NCBI GenBank assembly: GCA_026770705.1
Contig: JANJGN010000026.1
Span: forward strand, 27,218,001-27,282,000
Direction of reading: 5' to 3'
DNA length: 64,000 nucleotides
Source of the DNA: Isurus oxyrinchus
Taxonomy: Eukaryota
Both the position numbers and the translations under genes were made by a program. Within the stretch, counting starts at the first letter, position 1; each line of letters opens with the position of its first letter. Shown here one piece after another: positions 62,601-64,000 of this stretch. The notes under the pieces are model-generated. The model worked only from the letters and a program-made list of their open reading frames with translations, was not told where the DNA came from and did no database searches.

Positions 62601-64000
62601 CACGAGTCAGTTTTTGGGAGTGCTGGAAAGACTTCAGGTGATATTTTAAAATATATCTCACCAGGCTACAGTCATGTTCACTTAATCGTGCTCCTAACCT
62701 CCTCCCGCTTTGACTGGTAATGGAGCTCATTAGCTGTGGCAGTGCTGACAGGGAATCAGAACGATTGTCATTATTTTCCGCTTCAAATATCAGCGAATAG
62801 AGAGGGCGGGGGATGGGATGAGGGGATAGAGAGGGGGGCGGGGTGGTGGTGGGGAAGAAAATCTACGTGTTAAACAGACAGAATAAGACCGAGATAAAAG
62901 GAGAAGCAATGAAAGAAATATGCTGAGAGAAAGTTTCAAGAGAAACCCAGCTCGTTAAGCAAAATGAGTGAAAGCACGACAGATAGAATGATGGGGTGGG
63001 GGGAGGGTGGGGGGGGGGGATGAGGGAGAAGCGAGAGACAGAGAGAGAGACCGTTTGGGAGGGAGGGAAGGGGAGGGGGAGAGAGACCTGCAAACATAAA
63101 GTCAAAGAGAGGATGTTGAAGAGATGGATTGACACTGAAGCATCGACAGACACAGAGAGAGTGAGAGACAAACAGGCAGACAGATAGTCTTACTCACACA
63201 GCTAGGCAAGAGGAAGTTTGGGCTGGAGACATCAATAATTGGCCCACAACTAGCACATGTTGGCATATATTTGTAGGCGGTTCTGAGAGACCAGCCAACA
63301 TTGACAAAGAGAAAACCCTCAGAAACTGAACTGGATTCGCCATATAAATACAATGGCTGCAAGAGCAGGTCAGACGCTAGGAATTGTGCAGCAACATTAA
63401 CTATTCCCCCTCACAGCCACCACCTCACACTGACTCTGCGAGAGACCCAGAATTCAGTTCAACCTACCTCCTGGCTCCCCAAAGTCTGTACATCATTTAA
63501 AAGTCACAAGTCAGGAGTGTGATGGAATACTACCTACTTGCCTGGATGAGTGCAGCTCCCACAACACTCAAGATGCTTGACACCGTCCAGGACAAAGTAG
63601 CCCACTTTATTGGCACTACATGCACAAACATTCACTACCTCCACTACCGACGCACAGTGTCAACAGTATGTATCATCTACAAGATGCGTTGCAGAAATTC
63701 CCCAAGGCTCATTCGACAGCCCCTTCCAAATCCACGACCAGTGCCAACTTGAAGGACAAGGGCAGCAGATTGAAGGGAACGCCACCACCTGGCAATTGCC
63801 CTCCAGGTCACTCACCATCTTGACTTCGAAATATATTGCCATTCCTTCATTGTCGCTGGGTCAAAACCCTGGAATTCTCTCCCTAACAGCACGGTGGGTG
63901 TACCTACACTTCATGGACTGCAGCGGTTCAAGAAGACAGCTCATCATCACCTTCTCAAGGAAAAGTAGGGATGTACAATAAAGGCGGACCCAGCCAGCGA

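Overview
Vertebrate genomic DNA, most likely a cartilaginous fish (inferred from elasmobranch-type CR1 LINE/SINE tails, shark-type GPR139-like receptors and shark-like TCR V sequences). The window is part of an antigen-receptor V-segment array with about 13 T-cell-receptor alpha/delta-type V segments (leader exon, intron, V exon, 23-bp-spacer RSS) in mixed orientation. V9 (35308-35799, -) looks fully intact. V6 (25687-26585, -) and V8 (30547-31041, +) have intact V exons and RSSs but leader problems. The rest are pseudogenes. No C exon or convincing J segment is present. Three copies of a two-exon GPR139/GPR142-like class A GPCR lie next to and among the V segments: one intact and two pseudogenes. 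The remainder is CR1-type LINE fragments, SINEs, a decayed two-ORF PIF/Harbinger transposon, dispersed arrays of a degenerate ~27-bp repeat, microsatellites and two assembly gaps. The most notable points are the GPCR/TCR-V interleaving, CTCF-like motifs near V units, possible D-like and J-like relic cassettes just 3' of individual V segments, and a V exon whose own leader is dead but which may use an upstream leader. All calls are from manual reading; no database searches were run.
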